64,000 bases of DNA from a virus. The notes below the pieces were generated by a model that saw only the letters and a program-made list of their open reading frames with translations, ran no database searches and was not told the DNA's origin. The translations under genes and the position numbers were made by a program. Below are positions 36,555 through 47,488 of this stretch, one piece after another (the stretch's first letter is position 1; every line of letters starts with the position of its first letter). Location of the stretch: the IMG/VR virus record IMGVR_UViG_3300032224_001146, positions 23,194 to 87,193 of that record; one strand, given 5' to 3'.

Positions 36555-38956
36555 TGGCAAACTTAAACATTCCTGCTGATTTAACTTTTACTGGTTTTCC
36601 AGATCCATCAGATAAAAATTATTTTGATGTTACAGTAAAAGGTTTAAACCCAGATACACATTATGGAATTCAATTTCAATGGTTGTTTGCAGATGGCACA
36701 AAAAGCGATTGGTCTGCAACAAGGGATGTTCTTTCAAGTTTAATTACAACACCAGGACAGCCAGACCTTGGAGTTAATGATGTTGTTGGTGGACCTGGAT
36801 ATATTAAGGTTACATGGTCTGGAACGGCTGGTGGATCAACAGCAACAGATGTTGCAAGAGTAGATGTTTATATTAGCGGAGCACCATTTGATGGAACAAA
36901 GCCAGCCGATTCATTTGTAGCTTCAGGAACAAAAACAATTACTGCCCCAGCAGGTACATATATAGTAAAGCTTAAAGCATTGCGTTCTGACGGTACTACA
37001 TCATCTTTATTTAGCGTAACAAGAACAATTACAGTTCAGGGAATTGGTCAAGTTGTAGAAACACCCACACTTCCAACAGGACTTTCAGTTACATCAATTC
37101 CATTTGGAACACAGGTTTCATGGGATGGTACATACGTATCTTCAACATTTAAAGGTTTTCAATCTATTGTAATTAATGCTTCAACAACAAATGTTGGTGC
37201 TTCAGTTACAACAGAACCAGGAATACCAGTAGCACAGCTATCTGTAAATAATGCAAAGAATAGTGCAAACATACCTTTGGGTGCTAATGTCGGATATGCT
37301 TTTGACACATTCTATTATTACATTGCAACTAATACAGATGGAACCGTGTATAAAGAAAATGGCGTTGCCACATGGACAAGAATTAATTCTGTTGGAGTCA
37401 GACCAACAAAAGCAAATAAAATAGATCTTGAAAATGGTGTAATATCTATTGAAAATCTTGTCGCTGGAAATGGTGCATTTACAACATATCTTAAAGCTGG
37501 TGCAGATACTGGTGCAAGAGTTACACTTAGTGGTTTAACAACAACTACAAATGGTGTTCTTCCAGGATTAACAATTTACAAATCTGATGGTACAACTCCA
37601 GCAATGAGAGCAGACTTTTCTGGCAATCTTTCTTTTAGTGGGGACATAAGTGGTGCAACAGGTACACTTACTAATGCTTTAAATGTTGGAACAGCAGTTA
37701 ATGGAAAATATCCATTTAGTGTTTCTGGTAGCGGAATATTAAATTCCACTGCTGGATCAATAGGTGGCTTTACAATTGATGCTACTTCATTGCAAGCAAA
37801 CAATAATACTTTTCAGTTAGACAGTACAAACGGAAGACTTGCTGTTGGTCCTATTAGTGGATCACATATTGAAATTGATGGTACAAGTGGAATTCTTCAC
37901 AAGTCTAGCTCATCTGCATCTGGCAATTTTCAATTAACTTCTTCTGGACACCTTACACTTGGATCAAGTTCTGGATCAGGAAATTATTTAGAATGGGATG
38001 GAACTAATTTAAATATTCGTGGCGGACTTACAATCACAAGTGGTGCAACTTATGATGATATTCAGTATTCAAAAAATAATGTTGGCGGTATAGTTACACT
38101 TACAGACAGCCTTGCAACTGGTACGGGGTTTAATAATGGAACTGGAAAAAGCTTAACAGATCTTGTTGATTTTTACAAATCTTTAGATAGATTATTTACT
38201 GGAGATTATACAAAAGTTGATGGTGGAAAAATTAGTACTGGAATTATTCAGTCTACAGGTTATGTTACTATAAACCAAACCAACGTTCCAGCAACAACTA
38301 TTAATTTAAATAGTGGAGAATTTTCTATAGGTGCTGGTGCATTGACATTTAATTCAAATACTAAAGAAGCAGTTCTTACACTTAATGCTACACATGATCA
38401 ACCATTTCAAATTAAAGCAGTAGCAGGGACTTCATTGAGTGCTACTAGCTCAACATATAACTGGGATGGAACTACTGACTCTTTAGGAGGTACAGATGCT
38501 GATACAACTATTCGCAGTGTTGATACTTCTTCAGTTTCTTTAAGTGCCACAGAAACAATTGGTATAATTCAAAAAAATACATCTGGTTCAACTGGTCCAA
38601 GACTATTAATGTCTACTGGATCTGGAGGGTTTACAGAAATTGGTGCTTATGGGTCAACTTTTAACTCTTCAATTATTTTTAATAACGGTCACATTATATT
38701 TAAATCAAACCTTTCTAGCCCCTATGTCATGCAAGGTCTTGGGTCTACCACTCACCCAAGTTATAGTTATGCAGATATTCCTACTACGTTAAATATTAAT
38801 GCACAAGGAACTCTTAGCAGAGGAAGAGCTTTTTTCCGTTCTGGAAATACAGAAACAAACATCCTTACGGGAAGATATTCAGCAAATAACAATCAGCCCG
38901 TTGGTTATTCTTGGATAGGTGTATCTGGGGATATTATTTTTAGTACAGCGGATTAA
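36554..38956 (+). CDS. Tail fibre/spike protein with FN3-like domains
   Basis: N-terminal FN3-like repeats, then G/S/T-rich beta-fibre repeats ('GSIGGFTI'). Confidence 0.65.
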   Translation: MANLNIPADLTFTGFPDPSDKNYFDVTVKGLNPDTHYGIQFQWLFADGTKSDWSATRDVLSSLITTPGQPDLGVNDVVGGPGYIKVTWSGTAGGSTATDVARVDVYISGAPFDGTKPADSFVASGTKTITAPAGTYIVKLKALRSDGTTSSLFSVTRTITVQGIGQVVETPTLPTGLSVTSIPFGTQVSWDGTYVSSTFKGFQSIVINASTTNVGASVTTEPGIPVAQLSVNNAKNSANIPLGANVGYAFDTFYYYIATNTDGTVYKENGVATWTRINSVGVRPTKANKIDLENGVISIENLVAGNGAFTTYLKAGADTGARVTLSGLTTTTNGVLPGLTIYKSDGTTPAMRADFSGNLSFSGDISGATGTLTNALNVGTAVNGKYPFSVSGSGILNSTAGSIGGFTIDATSLQANNNTFQLDSTNGRLAVGPISGSHIEIDGTSGILHKSSSSASGNFQLTSSGHLTLGSSSGSGNYLEWDGTNLNIRGGLTITSGATYDDIQYSKNNVGGIVTLTDSLATGTGFNNGTGKSLTDLVDFYKSLDRLFTGDYTKVDGGKISTGIIQSTGYVTINQTNVPATTINLNSGEFSIGAGALTFNSNTKEAVLTLNATHDQPFQIKAVAGTSLSATSSTYNWDGTTDSLGGTDADTTIRSVDTSSVSLSATETIGIIQKNTSGSTGPRLLMSTGSGGFTEIGAYGSTFNSSIIFNNGHIIFKSNLSSPYVMQGLGSTTHPSYSYADIPTTLNINAQGTLSRGRAFFRSGNTETNILTGRYSANNNQPVGYSWIGVSGDIIFSTAD

Positions 38957-38959
38957 AAT

Positions 38960-41900
38960 ATGGCAGGAAAATCATACATAAAAGTAGGCTCTTCTTGGTC
39001 TAAGATAAAAAGAATGTATGTTAAAACTGGTCCAGTTTGGACATCAGTTAGAAAAGCATATATTAAAACTGGAAACGTTTGGAACAAGATGTTTGACTCT
39101 TCTAGTAGAATTCCATATACAACAGAAACTCCTACAATTAGACATGACGCATATACTGGAACTGTTGTTTCAGGTGCAGTAATTCAATATCCAGATCCAA
39201 CTGGAGAATCAGTAATTGGAATTAAATTGTGGGGAAGAGAAAATCCTTCTTCTTGGGGCAATGGTCCATTTACTCAAACAAAATATCAATGGTATGCTGC
39301 TGATAATAAACAAGGAACAAATGCATATGTAATTAAAGATAGCTCAGATACGTATTATGTAGGGTCTTCAGAAAACAATGATCAGTATGATGGAAATTAT
39401 TTATTCTTTAGAGCTTTATATACAAATGCTTATGGAACTGGAGTAGCCAATAGCTTGCCAGTATATGTTCACAAAAATGAACCATATAAAATAACTGGAG
39501 TAAATGGCGGGACAACTGGAATTTCTTCAACAGCAACAGAAGTTGGAACCCCGATACAGTTTGATTTTTATTGGAACAATGCATACACACGTTCTATAGA
39601 TAGATATTATTCAACTATAGAATGGTATAGAGGCTCACCACTATCAGATAAAAGCAATCGTGTTCAAGTTCATACAATGTATCAAGCAAATTGGATAGTT
39701 GATAACACAACAGAATTTTCTGGAAATGACACCTATACTCCATCACCCTCCGACCTTGGATATACAATTTATGTAGTTATGACTGGCAATAATACATATA
39801 CTATGGACCCAATACAAACTGCATTATATACGGCTCCAATTGTAAGTACATATTACACAGCAACTGTAGTTAGTTCTAAGCCAGTAATTAATTCACCAGT
39901 AACAATTACAAAAGTTGATGGATATCAAACAATTAATTATCAACTTAAAGCTAATACTCAAACTTATACACCTTCAGCAAGTACTGTTTATTGGGGCTGG
40001 CAGTGGGCTTCTTCTGCAACAGCATCAGATTCATCATGGAGAGCATTACAAACAAGATCTTATTTTCCAATATATGGAGGGTATCAAACTACAAATTATT
40101 ATGGTTCAGAACCAAATCAAGGTGTAGATCATTATTTATATATTCCATTAACTGTATATGATGGGTCAACTGATGTTAGCACAATTGGAAAGTATTTCAG
40201 GTTTTATTCAATTGGAAGTGCAAACGGTGCACAATCAATTACAAATAACTCAGCTGTACTTGGACCAATATACAACTATCCAACAACACCTGGAAACCCA
40301 TCAATTTCTTTTTATGCTGCTTACAATTCTTCTCAAGCTTACATTAGGGCATTTTGGAATCCATCAACTTATTCTTTAGACTATACGCTTCAATATAAAT
40401 CTGGAGGCACATGGTATGATGCATTAACAGTCACAGATGCTCCCCAATATGTTTCTACAGATGGAATTTTGGTTCCTACTGGAACTTTGATATTTAGAGT
40501 TAGAGCAAGAAATGCAGAAAACATATATCAGTATTCTTCAGAAATTACATTTAATGTTCCTGCCTCATACTCATTTTCTTTTGGAAATTATTTATATCCA
40601 AATACAAATGGGCAAATTGGTTTAGATAGTGGCACAACATCAACAACTCCAAGCGGTGGAAGATTAATTGCAGTATACCCATTAGATATGGCAGAAACCA
40701 CAACTGGATATTATTCTGATGGTAGATATTATTATATTCAATTTTCTGGATATCAATATCAAAATGTTGGAGTTTCAACCTATGCATTAAGATATCAAGT
40801 TAAATTTGATTCTTTAAATCCAGGGTATGCAGATATTTTAATTTGTAATAAGGGATCATCTCTTCCGTTAACTACAGTTAGCCCTGGACTTTATAATGGA
40901 TCAACACAAACATCTGGGTTGCCAGGCCCTTATGTTATTTCTACAAATACAACATATAGAATATACATGGACGGTACTGTAGGAAGCTTTGGACAAACTC
41001 AAGCACAAATTCCTTCTGCAAACTTTATAACTCATACTAGAGACTTTGGTTCAGCAGATGATGGATATCACAGTCTTTTAACTGCAACAAATCAATATGT
41101 TACATCAATGCTTTCTGTAACTAGTGCAACTGTAAATTCTTCTGGCATATCAGTTTCGTTTAATGGTTTAAATGGATACTCTTATTATGGTTATGAATTA
41201 AGATCTGGAAGTTATTCTGGATCATTATTCTCATCTGGAGGTTCTCAAACTGCAAATCCATTAAATATTGGAAGCTTAACAGGTGGAACAACATATTACC
41301 TTACAATAACTCCATACAATACACTTGGGCAACCTGGAGATGTATATCAAAATTCATTCCTTGCCCCAAATAATCCTCAACCATTTACAACAATAAGTGG
41401 AAGTAAAAGTTTTCCTTCTGGAGCAGTTCAATCCGCATCTGAACCTTCTGGAAATAGAACTTTAACTGTTTCCTGGAATGCTTCTTCAAGTGGTCCAAAT
41501 TATGAAGTTCAATATGAAGGAAGCAATAATAATTCCACATGGACAGTTTTGCAAAGTTTAAATCAATCAAGTTATAAAACAGCAACATCTGATACTTATA
41601 CCGCTGCTTATTATAGGTATTACAGATATTCTGTTCGTGCAAGAGGCTCTGATTATGCATTAGCAAATGCTGCATATTCTGATGGAGGAACTTCAACAAA
41701 CCTTATATATAGAAATATAGATGGAACAAATCCTTCTGCTCCAAGCATAAATACAATTACTCCTGGAACTGGTTCATCTTATAATACAGCAAGTATTGCA
41801 TTTACAACAACTTCATCACCTGGATCTAATACAATTAACTGGAATCAATATTCTTTGGACAATACAAACTGGACTAATATTTATACTGGTCCAATTAGTT

Positions 41901-43084
41901 TAACTGGGTTATCCGCAAGTACTGGTTACTATATCTATATGAGATCCTGGAACTATGATGATTTGTATTCTGGCCCTACATATCAATATTTTACAACAAA
42001 CGCTGCTCCAGCTTATTTAACAGCACCTACACCTAGCAGTGTGAGTAAAAGTGGTGCAAACTTTAATGTTTATTTTAGTGGTGGATCTGGACCATATTAT
42101 CAAACATATTGGAGTGTCTCTGATTCAATTCCTGCTGCAACTGGATACGATGCAAATGGATCTTCCTCTCCAATATCCGTCACAAACTTAGTGTCTCCCT
42201 CTGGTGGAACAACGTATTATTTTTCTGTTAGATCTGTTTCTGCATTAACAAATACTGGATCTGGATCCACAACATCTTTAACAATAAGCCCGTGGTCATC
42301 AACTAGAGTAAGTTATTATGCACCAATTGTTCCAACTATTACTATGTCAGCAAATAGCGGAGTGGGACAAACTTCAGCAACAATTAACTGGACAGCAACA
42401 AATCAATCTTATGCTTATGTTGATAGTACATATGTTGGAAATGTAAAAACTTATACTTTTAGTAATCTTAGTCCAAGCACTCCATATAGCGGAACAGTAA
42501 CTGTATATTCTACAGACTCACAAACAGCTTCAGCAAGTTATAGTTTTACAACATCAGCAGTTCCTACTTATACAATTACATATGATGGCAATGGAAATAC
42601 TGGTGGATCAACAACTGCAACAACTGGAAGCGGAAGCGTTACAATACGTTCAAATGGATTTACTAGAACAAACTGTTCGTTTGCTGGCTGGGCTCTGTCT
42701 GCTGGAGGAGCTGTTGCATATTCAGGAGGAGCTTCATATAACTTAACAGCAAATGTAACTTTTTATGCAGTTTGGACAGCAAATTCAAACTCTGCTTCTG
42801 CACCAACCGTTACATTTGTTGGAAACAACAAGCCTACAACTGGAAGAAAGCAATGGACTTGGAGCGGAGGATCGGTTACTGGTGGAACATTTACAGGATA
42901 TGTTGTTCAAATTAGTTCAACTAGTGCTACTTCTGGATTTGGATCTAGTATATCAACTGGAACAACAGCCAGCTACGATATTGCTGTTTCTCCAGTTACA
43001 AGCCCTAGATGGTTAAGGGCAGCTATAACATATACAGATGGTTTGGGAGCCGCTAAAACTGGAACATTCTCAACAGCAGTATAA
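38960..43084 (+). CDS. Large FN3/Ig-repeat tail protein (receptor-binding candidate)
   Basis: 1374 aa, Y/S/T-rich. N-terminal 'Y.K.G..W' repeats, multiple FN3 motifs, and an InlB B-repeat-like segment 'YTITYDGNG.TGG...F.RT..SF.GW...FYAVW'. Confidence 0.7.
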   Translation: MAGKSYIKVGSSWSKIKRMYVKTGPVWTSVRKAYIKTGNVWNKMFDSSSRIPYTTETPTIRHDAYTGTVVSGAVIQYPDPTGESVIGIKLWGRENPSSWGNGPFTQTKYQWYAADNKQGTNAYVIKDSSDTYYVGSSENNDQYDGNYLFFRALYTNAYGTGVANSLPVYVHKNEPYKITGVNGGTTGISSTATEVGTPIQFDFYWNNAYTRSIDRYYSTIEWYRGSPLSDKSNRVQVHTMYQANWIVDNTTEFSGNDTYTPSPSDLGYTIYVVMTGNNTYTMDPIQTALYTAPIVSTYYTATVVSSKPVINSPVTITKVDGYQTINYQLKANTQTYTPSASTVYWGWQWASSATASDSSWRALQTRSYFPIYGGYQTTNYYGSEPNQGVDHYLYIPLTVYDGSTDVSTIGKYFRFYSIGSANGAQSITNNSAVLGPIYNYPTTPGNPSISFYAAYNSSQAYIRAFWNPSTYSLDYTLQYKSGGTWYDALTVTDAPQYVSTDGILVPTGTLIFRVRARNAENIYQYSSEITFNVPASYSFSFGNYLYPNTNGQIGLDSGTTSTTPSGGRLIAVYPLDMAETTTGYYSDGRYYYIQFSGYQYQNVGVSTYALRYQVKFDSLNPGYADILICNKGSSLPLTTVSPGLYNGSTQTSGLPGPYVISTNTTYRIYMDGTVGSFGQTQAQIPSANFITHTRDFGSADDGYHSLLTATNQYVTSMLSVTSATVNSSGISVSFNGLNGYSYYGYELRSGSYSGSLFSSGGSQTANPLNIGSLTGGTTYYLTITPYNTLGQPGDVYQNSFLAPNNPQPFTTISGSKSFPSGAVQSASEPSGNRTLTVSWNASSSGPNYEVQYEGSNNNSTWTVLQSLNQSSYKTATSDTYTAAYYRYYRYSVRARGSDYALANAAYSDGGTSTNLIYRNIDGTNPSAPSINTITPGTGSSYNTASIAFTTTSSPGSNTINWNQYSLDNTNWTNIYTGPISLTGLSASTGYYIYMRSWNYDDLYSGPTYQYFTTNAAPAYLTAPTPSSVSKSGANFNVYFSGGSGPYYQTYWSVSDSIPAATGYDANGSSSPISVTNLVSPSGGTTYYFSVRSVSALTNTGSGSTTSLTISPWSSTRVSYYAPIVPTITMSANSGVGQTSATINWTATNQSYAYVDSTYVGNVKTYTFSNLSPSTPYSGTVTVYSTDSQTASASYSFTTSAVPTYTITYDGNGNTGGSTTATTGSGSVTIRSNGFTRTNCSFAGWALSAGGAVAYSGGASYNLTANVTFYAVWTANSNSASAPTVTFVGNNKPTTGRKQWTWSGGSVTGGTFTGYVVQISSTSATSGFGSSISTGTTASYDIAVSPVTSPRWLRAAITYTDGLGAAKTGTFSTAV

Positions 43085-43095
43085 AAATAAGGGTA

Positions 43096-43124
43096 TTGAC
43101 CCGTTAGGGTTAATTTGCTATAAT
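43096..43124 (+). promoter_or_regulatory. Sigma70-type promoter (TTGACC-17-TATAAT, extended TG)
   Basis: Near-consensus elements, followed by SD AGGAGG. Confidence 0.7.
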
Positions 43125-43140
43125 ATAACAGGAGGAACAA

Positions 43141-43365
43141 ATGACATCACTACTAACAAACGAGGATAAGCTAAGCATCCTTAATCAACATATTAAGAAT
43201 GTTGAATATGCAATTTACGGCTTAGAGCTAGACATTATTGAATACGGTGCATCTATTGATAAAGATAATGCATATGCAACAAAGCTAGATGAAAGACTTA
43301 CAGAATTACAGGCCAAGAAAGCACTCTTGGATTCTGAAAAGGCAGATCTTACAGCAGGAGCATAA
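43141..43365 (+). CDS. Small coiled-coil protein
   Basis: Strong SD, 74 aa. Confidence 0.65.
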   Translation: MTSLLTNEDKLSILNQHIKNVEYAIYGLELDIIEYGASIDKDNAYATKLDERLTELQAKKALLDSEKADLTAGA

Positions 43366-43563
43366 ATGGAAAAGGCAGAGTTAATTATCACAGCCTTGCA
43401 ACAAAGAATTGGTGAGATTGTCTCACAATATGAGACACAGATTGCCATACTTAGAGCTGAGTTAACAACATTAATGACACAGCAAGAAGAAAAAAAGCAG
43501 GCTATGCAAGAGTATAACGACGAGCTTCTTGAAAAAATTGAATTTGGAGATCACGAAGTATAA
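43366..43563 (+). CDS. Small coiled-coil protein
   Basis: SD AGGAG, 65 aa. Confidence 0.65.
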   Translation: MEKAELIITALQQRIGEIVSQYETQIAILRAELTTLMTQQEEKKQAMQEYNDELLEKIEFGDHEV

Positions 43564-43994
43564 TGGCAGATATTGTTTTTCAAGATGGTGGGCCAATTAG
43601 TTCCACACAATTGCAAGATTTGGTTACAAAGTTAAATCAAATTGATGCAAAGGCAACCTCATTCCCAGATCAGTTTGGTGCTTTAGCAAATAAAGCAATT
43701 GCACAAAAAATGGTTGCTGGCATTCATAATGTTGGTGGAGTTGATCTTTCAAAAACATATAAAGAAATTGCTATAACATTTGAACCACCACTTACATCTG
43801 AACCAGCATCAGTACAGGTAACTGTTGAAACAACATCTACTGATTCTGAAATTATTTCATTTATTAAGGGTGGGACAGCAAAAGCTGGAGGATGTACTGT
43901 AATTCTTACTAGAGCAAAAAGCAGCCTAGGAAAAGATATAAGCACTCCAGCATCAGTCAAGCTACATTATTTTGCAGTAGCAAAAAGTTCTTGA
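43563..43994 (+). CDS. Short fibre-like protein with H-type-lectin-like C-terminus
   Basis: 'I.F...LTSEP.SVQVT...LHYFAVA' pattern. Confidence 0.5.
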   Translation: MADIVFQDGGPISSTQLQDLVTKLNQIDAKATSFPDQFGALANKAIAQKMVAGIHNVGGVDLSKTYKEIAITFEPPLTSEPASVQVTVETTSTDSEIISFIKGGTAKAGGCTVILTRAKSSLGKDISTPASVKLHYFAVAKSS

Positions 43995-44018
43995 CAAAAC
44001 AATAACTAATAGTACAAT
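43991..44018 (+). promoter_or_regulatory. Sigma70-type promoter (TTGACA-16-TACAAT)
   Basis: Consensus hexamers at the boundary between structural and replication genes. Confidence 0.5.
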
Positions 44019-44030
44019 TATAAAAACAAT

Positions 44031-44054
44031 AAGTCACGGCAATCGTGACTTTTT
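44031..44054 (+). terminator. Rho-independent terminator-like hairpin
   Basis: AAGTCACG-GCAAT-CGTGACTT followed by TTT. Confidence 0.6.
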
Positions 44055-44078
44055 GTGTCTAATAGAATAGATAAATTA

Positions 44079-44888
44079 ATGTCAAACGATTTGAAATGGA
44101 TGCTTTCATCCGACCAGCAGTTCCCGTATCAAGATGACCGTGCCATCAGTTTGTGGTTCCAAGTAATGAAATGGTTTAAGCCAGATGTAATTGATTACCT
44201 TGGAGATACAGATGATCAGGCATGCTATAGTAGATATACGGAAGGCCGCTCAGCAGAATTTATGCAATTGCATAAGGATGACAGCAAGGATCTTATTGTT
44301 CCTATGATTCGTCACGAAGCAAAAGCAGCAAGAGATTTTTATGCAAAGACTAGAGACATGATGCCTAATGCACAACTGTTCTCAGCACTCGGTAACCATG
44401 ATATTCGTATCTTTGAATACCTTGATAAGAAATTGCCAGAGTATGCAAATGAAGTAACACCAGAAGCACTGTGGTCTTTAGACTCATTGGGTTATGAATA
44501 TATTTATTACAATGATGCTCCTAAGCTTCGCTTTGGAGATATTCACGTACATCATGGAAATGCTATTTCTCAAAATGCAGGAGAATCAGTTCGCAAGGAT
44601 GTTGAAAACTTTGGAGTCTCAATCATTCGTGGACACTCACATAGAGCAGGAACATTTTATCAAACATTTCAACTACGCAACGGTGGAGAAGGAGAAACAC
44701 TTCGTGGATATGAAATTGGACACATGTGTGATGAAAATAGTGATGGCATGAAGTATACTAATAATCATAACTGGCAAAAAGCTTTTGCAATTGCTCACAT
44801 TGAAAATGGAAACAAGCCTCACATTCAGCTTATTGAAATAGCAAAGGACTACACCTGCTATGTAGATGGAAAGAAGTTTTCAGCATGA
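44079..44888 (+). CDS. Calcineurin-like metallophosphoesterase
   Basis: Motifs 'SD.Q.P', 'LGD..D', 'GNHD', 'HHG', 'GHSHR'. Confidence 0.85.
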   Translation: MSNDLKWMLSSDQQFPYQDDRAISLWFQVMKWFKPDVIDYLGDTDDQACYSRYTEGRSAEFMQLHKDDSKDLIVPMIRHEAKAARDFYAKTRDMMPNAQLFSALGNHDIRIFEYLDKKLPEYANEVTPEALWSLDSLGYEYIYYNDAPKLRFGDIHVHHGNAISQNAGESVRKDVENFGVSIIRGHSHRAGTFYQTFQLRNGGEGETLRGYEIGHMCDENSDGMKYTNNHNWQKAFAIAHIENGNKPHIQLIEIAKDYTCYVDGKKFSA

Positions 44889-45073
44889 TGAACTGTATTA
44901 AATGCGGTGGTAGAGTATTTGTAGATAGAGTATTCTCTCAGAAGCTTCACATAGAACTTTACTGCTTGATGTGCGGTAAAAGATGGATGATTAGTAAAGA
45001 AACGAGTGCATTCGGAAAATGGTTAGATCAAAGGGAACAAGACCACAAGAAAAATTTCGGTATTTCTACCTGA
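44885..45073 (+). CDS. Small zinc-ribbon protein
   Basis: CIKC...CLMC. Confidence 0.65.
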   Translation: MMNCIKCGGRVFVDRVFSQKLHIELYCLMCGKRWMISKETSAFGKWLDQREQDHKKNFGIST

Positions 45074-45510
45074 ACAAAAAGCTTCATAAAGTCTTGAAGT
45101 CATCTAGGGTTAAAAACACTTTGATTGCATGGTCTTATGAGGATAAGAAAAGAGTCTTGTATGTATTTTCTGATGTAAAAAAGTATAAACAAAACGCTTA
45201 TACTTTAGCAGAAGTTTGCAAGATGCTGAATAAACACAGAGTTACAATTCAAGATTACATACTTGAAGGTAAAGTACGTGCACCACAAAAGGTCTATCCT
45301 ATTGGAAATGCAGAAAACTTTAAATGGTCTCAGTATATGTTTAGCGAAGATGATATTGTTGAACTATATGATTATATAATTTCAGCAGGCAGGGAAATTG
45401 AAAAACTTCCTACAAAATCTGAGTTAAAGGCCTTGATAAAACATAACGTTATATTGTATACTAAGACATCTGAGGGACAGTTTGTTCCAGTTTGGAAAGC
45501 TAATGACTGA
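45019..45510 (+). CDS. HTH DNA-binding protein (MerR/excisionase-like)
   Basis: 'YTLAEVCKMLNKHRVTIQDYILEGKV..P...Y.FSEDDI'. Confidence 0.7.
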   Translation: MVRSKGTRPQEKFRYFYLNKKLHKVLKSSRVKNTLIAWSYEDKKRVLYVFSDVKKYKQNAYTLAEVCKMLNKHRVTIQDYILEGKVRAPQKVYPIGNAENFKWSQYMFSEDDIVELYDYIISAGREIEKLPTKSELKALIKHNVILYTKTSEGQFVPVWKAND

Positions 45511-45838
45511 AGAATTTGAAGACCTAGATGAAGATCTAGCTCTTGAACGTATTGCTTATAATCTTGATATTGCATCTATGCATGCTAATAAAAAGAAAAA
45601 TGTTGCTGGGTTAATTACAATTGCGGGTGCATGGATGGAAGTAGCCAGCATACTTTCAGATACACCAAGAATTAAGAAGGGACTCCCAATGGGGTTCGCT
45701 GCTACGGAAGAGGAAAATAATGAGCAAAGAATCATCAAGCACAATAGTGAAGGTGGATCTCCATTACACAAGGAACCTAGGGAATTACGAGAGCGTTCGA
45801 ATTGGTATCGGAGTGGAAGACATCGTAAGAAGTGGTGA
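45503..45838 (+). CDS. Hypothetical protein
   Basis: ORF coupled to the HTH gene. Its 3' end overlaps the next gene. Confidence 0.5.
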   Translation: MTEEFEDLDEDLALERIAYNLDIASMHANKKKNVAGLITIAGAWMEVASILSDTPRIKKGLPMGFAATEEENNEQRIIKHNSEGGSPLHKEPRELRERSNWYRSGRHRKKW

Positions 45839-45938
45839 GAATGTAGATACTGCAACTGATCGTGTCTATAAGTTTGTAGAAGAAAAGCTAGTCCAGAAAG
45901 CAAATGAAATGGAAAAGGAATTAAAGGGTGGCAACTAA
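45720..45938 (+). CDS. Hypothetical protein
   Basis: SD GAGG. 'YTRNLGNYESVRI' motif is typical of small phage replication-region proteins. Confidence 0.65.
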   Translation: MSKESSSTIVKVDLHYTRNLGNYESVRIGIGVEDIVRSGENVDTATDRVYKFVEEKLVQKANEMEKELKGGN

Positions 45939-46305
45939 ACAAGGTAATCAAGAGCCCCATGCTCTTATTACTCTTTACGTATCTTTATTTGAAGAAAGAT
46001 ATGGAAAGAAGCCTACTTTAAATCGTTTTAAAGAAAAATGGGCTATGCAAGATTTGATTGATAGTGTAGGATATAGCAGAGCACAAGATCTTATAGGGTA
46101 TTACTTTACTCTATCTAAGTACGGTCATCCATTAAACTGGTTCTTTTATAATTTTGACAAGCTAGATAAGCTTTGGAAAGATATGGAAGATGACAAAACA
46201 CATAGAGATATGCTAAGATCTAAGACTAAGGCAATGGTGGAAGAAAGAGAGAGGCGGCTAAATGAACACAGAAGCAACGTTAATATCAGCGGTTTGCAAG
46301 AATAA
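45928..46305 (+). CDS. Hypothetical protein upstream of the helicase
   Basis: 125-aa ORF with GTG start, coupled to its neighbours. Confidence 0.6.
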   Translation: MATKQGNQEPHALITLYVSLFEERYGKKPTLNRFKEKWAMQDLIDSVGYSRAQDLIGYYFTLSKYGHPLNWFFYNFDKLDKLWKDMEDDKTHRDMLRSKTKAMVEERERRLNEHRSNVNISGLQE

Positions 46306-47488
46306 AGATATCAGCACTATCCTTGCGGATAATGTTGATGAACTATTTACCTCTCATAAAGATGTATGGGATGGCTTAAAGTCATACTACTATAAGTTTA
46401 AAGCTGTTCCAGAAGTTGGCATTTTACAAGAACGCTTCAGAGACTTTGAAGCATCTGATCCAAAAGCAGAAACTGGATATTATTTAGATCAACTTAAAAC
46501 AGAGTACCTTGCTAATAAGTTAAAGACAATTATTTTACGTGGTGGTGCAGGTCTTAAAGAAGATGCACCTTCTAGAGTTATTGCACAAATGCAATCAGAC
46601 CTTGCCAGTCTTTCTAAGTTTACAAGCAATGTTCGTGATATTGACGTAACTGATTTTGAATCAGCAGAAAAATACTTTGAGCAACTTCGTGCACGTTCTG
46701 CAGTCATGGGTGGCAGTCCAGGAATCCCTACAGGTTTTAAAGCAATTGATACTGCCTATGCAACTGGTATGGCTCCAGGACACCTTATTGTTGCTATTGG
46801 TTGGCCTGGACGTGGTAAGACATGGTTTACTTCATACCTAGCATGCAAGGCTTGGGAACAAGGATTTAAACCAATGATTATTTCTCTTGAAATGTCTCCA
46901 GAAGATATGCGTAACCGTATCTATACTATGATGGGTTCTGGTTTATTTAAGGCTTCTGATTTTTCTAGAGGTGATGTAAACGTAGATGATTTCCATTCAT
47001 GGGGTAAAAAGAATTTTGCTGACAAAAATGGTTTTGTTCTTGTATCAAATGAAGGTATGGGTGAAGTAAGTGCCAATACAGTTCAAGCAAAGATTGACCA
47101 GCATAAACCAGACATGGTTATTTTAGATTATCACCAGCTGTTTGTTGATACAAAACGTAGTACTGGTGCAACAGAACGTAACATGAATATTTCTCGTGAG
47201 TTCAAAATGCTTGCTATGAATAATAATATTCCAGTAATTGACATTACTGCAGCAACAATGGATGATATTTCAGATCAAGATAATCCACCAATGCTTTCGC
47301 AAGTTGCATGGTCAAAGGCAATTGAATATGATGCTGATATGGCTATTGCTATCCATCGCTACACAGATACAAATATGATTGAAATTGTATCTCGCAAGAA
47401 TCGTCATGGAGATGCATTTGATTTTTACCTAGACTGGGATATCAACCGAGGAATTATCAAAGAGATTTATGAAAATATTGCAAAGTAA
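46262..47488 (+). CDS. dnaB: DnaB-like replicative helicase
   Basis: 'GIPTGF..ID', Walker A 'GWPGRGKT', 'SLEMS', 'ILDYHQL', 'IEYDAD', 'KNRHG'. Confidence 0.92.
   Translation: MNTEATLISAVCKNKDISTILADNVDELFTSHKDVWDGLKSYYYKFKAVPEVGILQERFRDFEASDPKAETGYYLDQLKTEYLANKLKTIILRGGAGLKEDAPSRVIAQMQSDLASLSKFTSNVRDIDVTDFESAEKYFEQLRARSAVMGGSPGIPTGFKAIDTAYATGMAPGHLIVAIGWPGRGKTWFTSYLACKAWEQGFKPMIISLEMSPEDMRNRIYTMMGSGLFKASDFSRGDVNVDDFHSWGKKNFADKNGFVLVSNEGMGEVSANTVQAKIDQHKPDMVILDYHQLFVDTKRSTGATERNMNISREFKMLAMNNNIPVIDITAATMDDISDQDNPPMLSQVAWSKAIEYDADMAIAIHRYTDTNMIEIVSRKNRHGDAFDFYLDWDINRGIIKEIYENIAK

Noticed and set aside
44885-45938. Long gene overlaps as possible frameshift fusions
   Set aside because: Each downstream ORF has its own plausible start codon and I could not establish a slippery site linking the frames. 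Overlaps are common in compact phage genomes.
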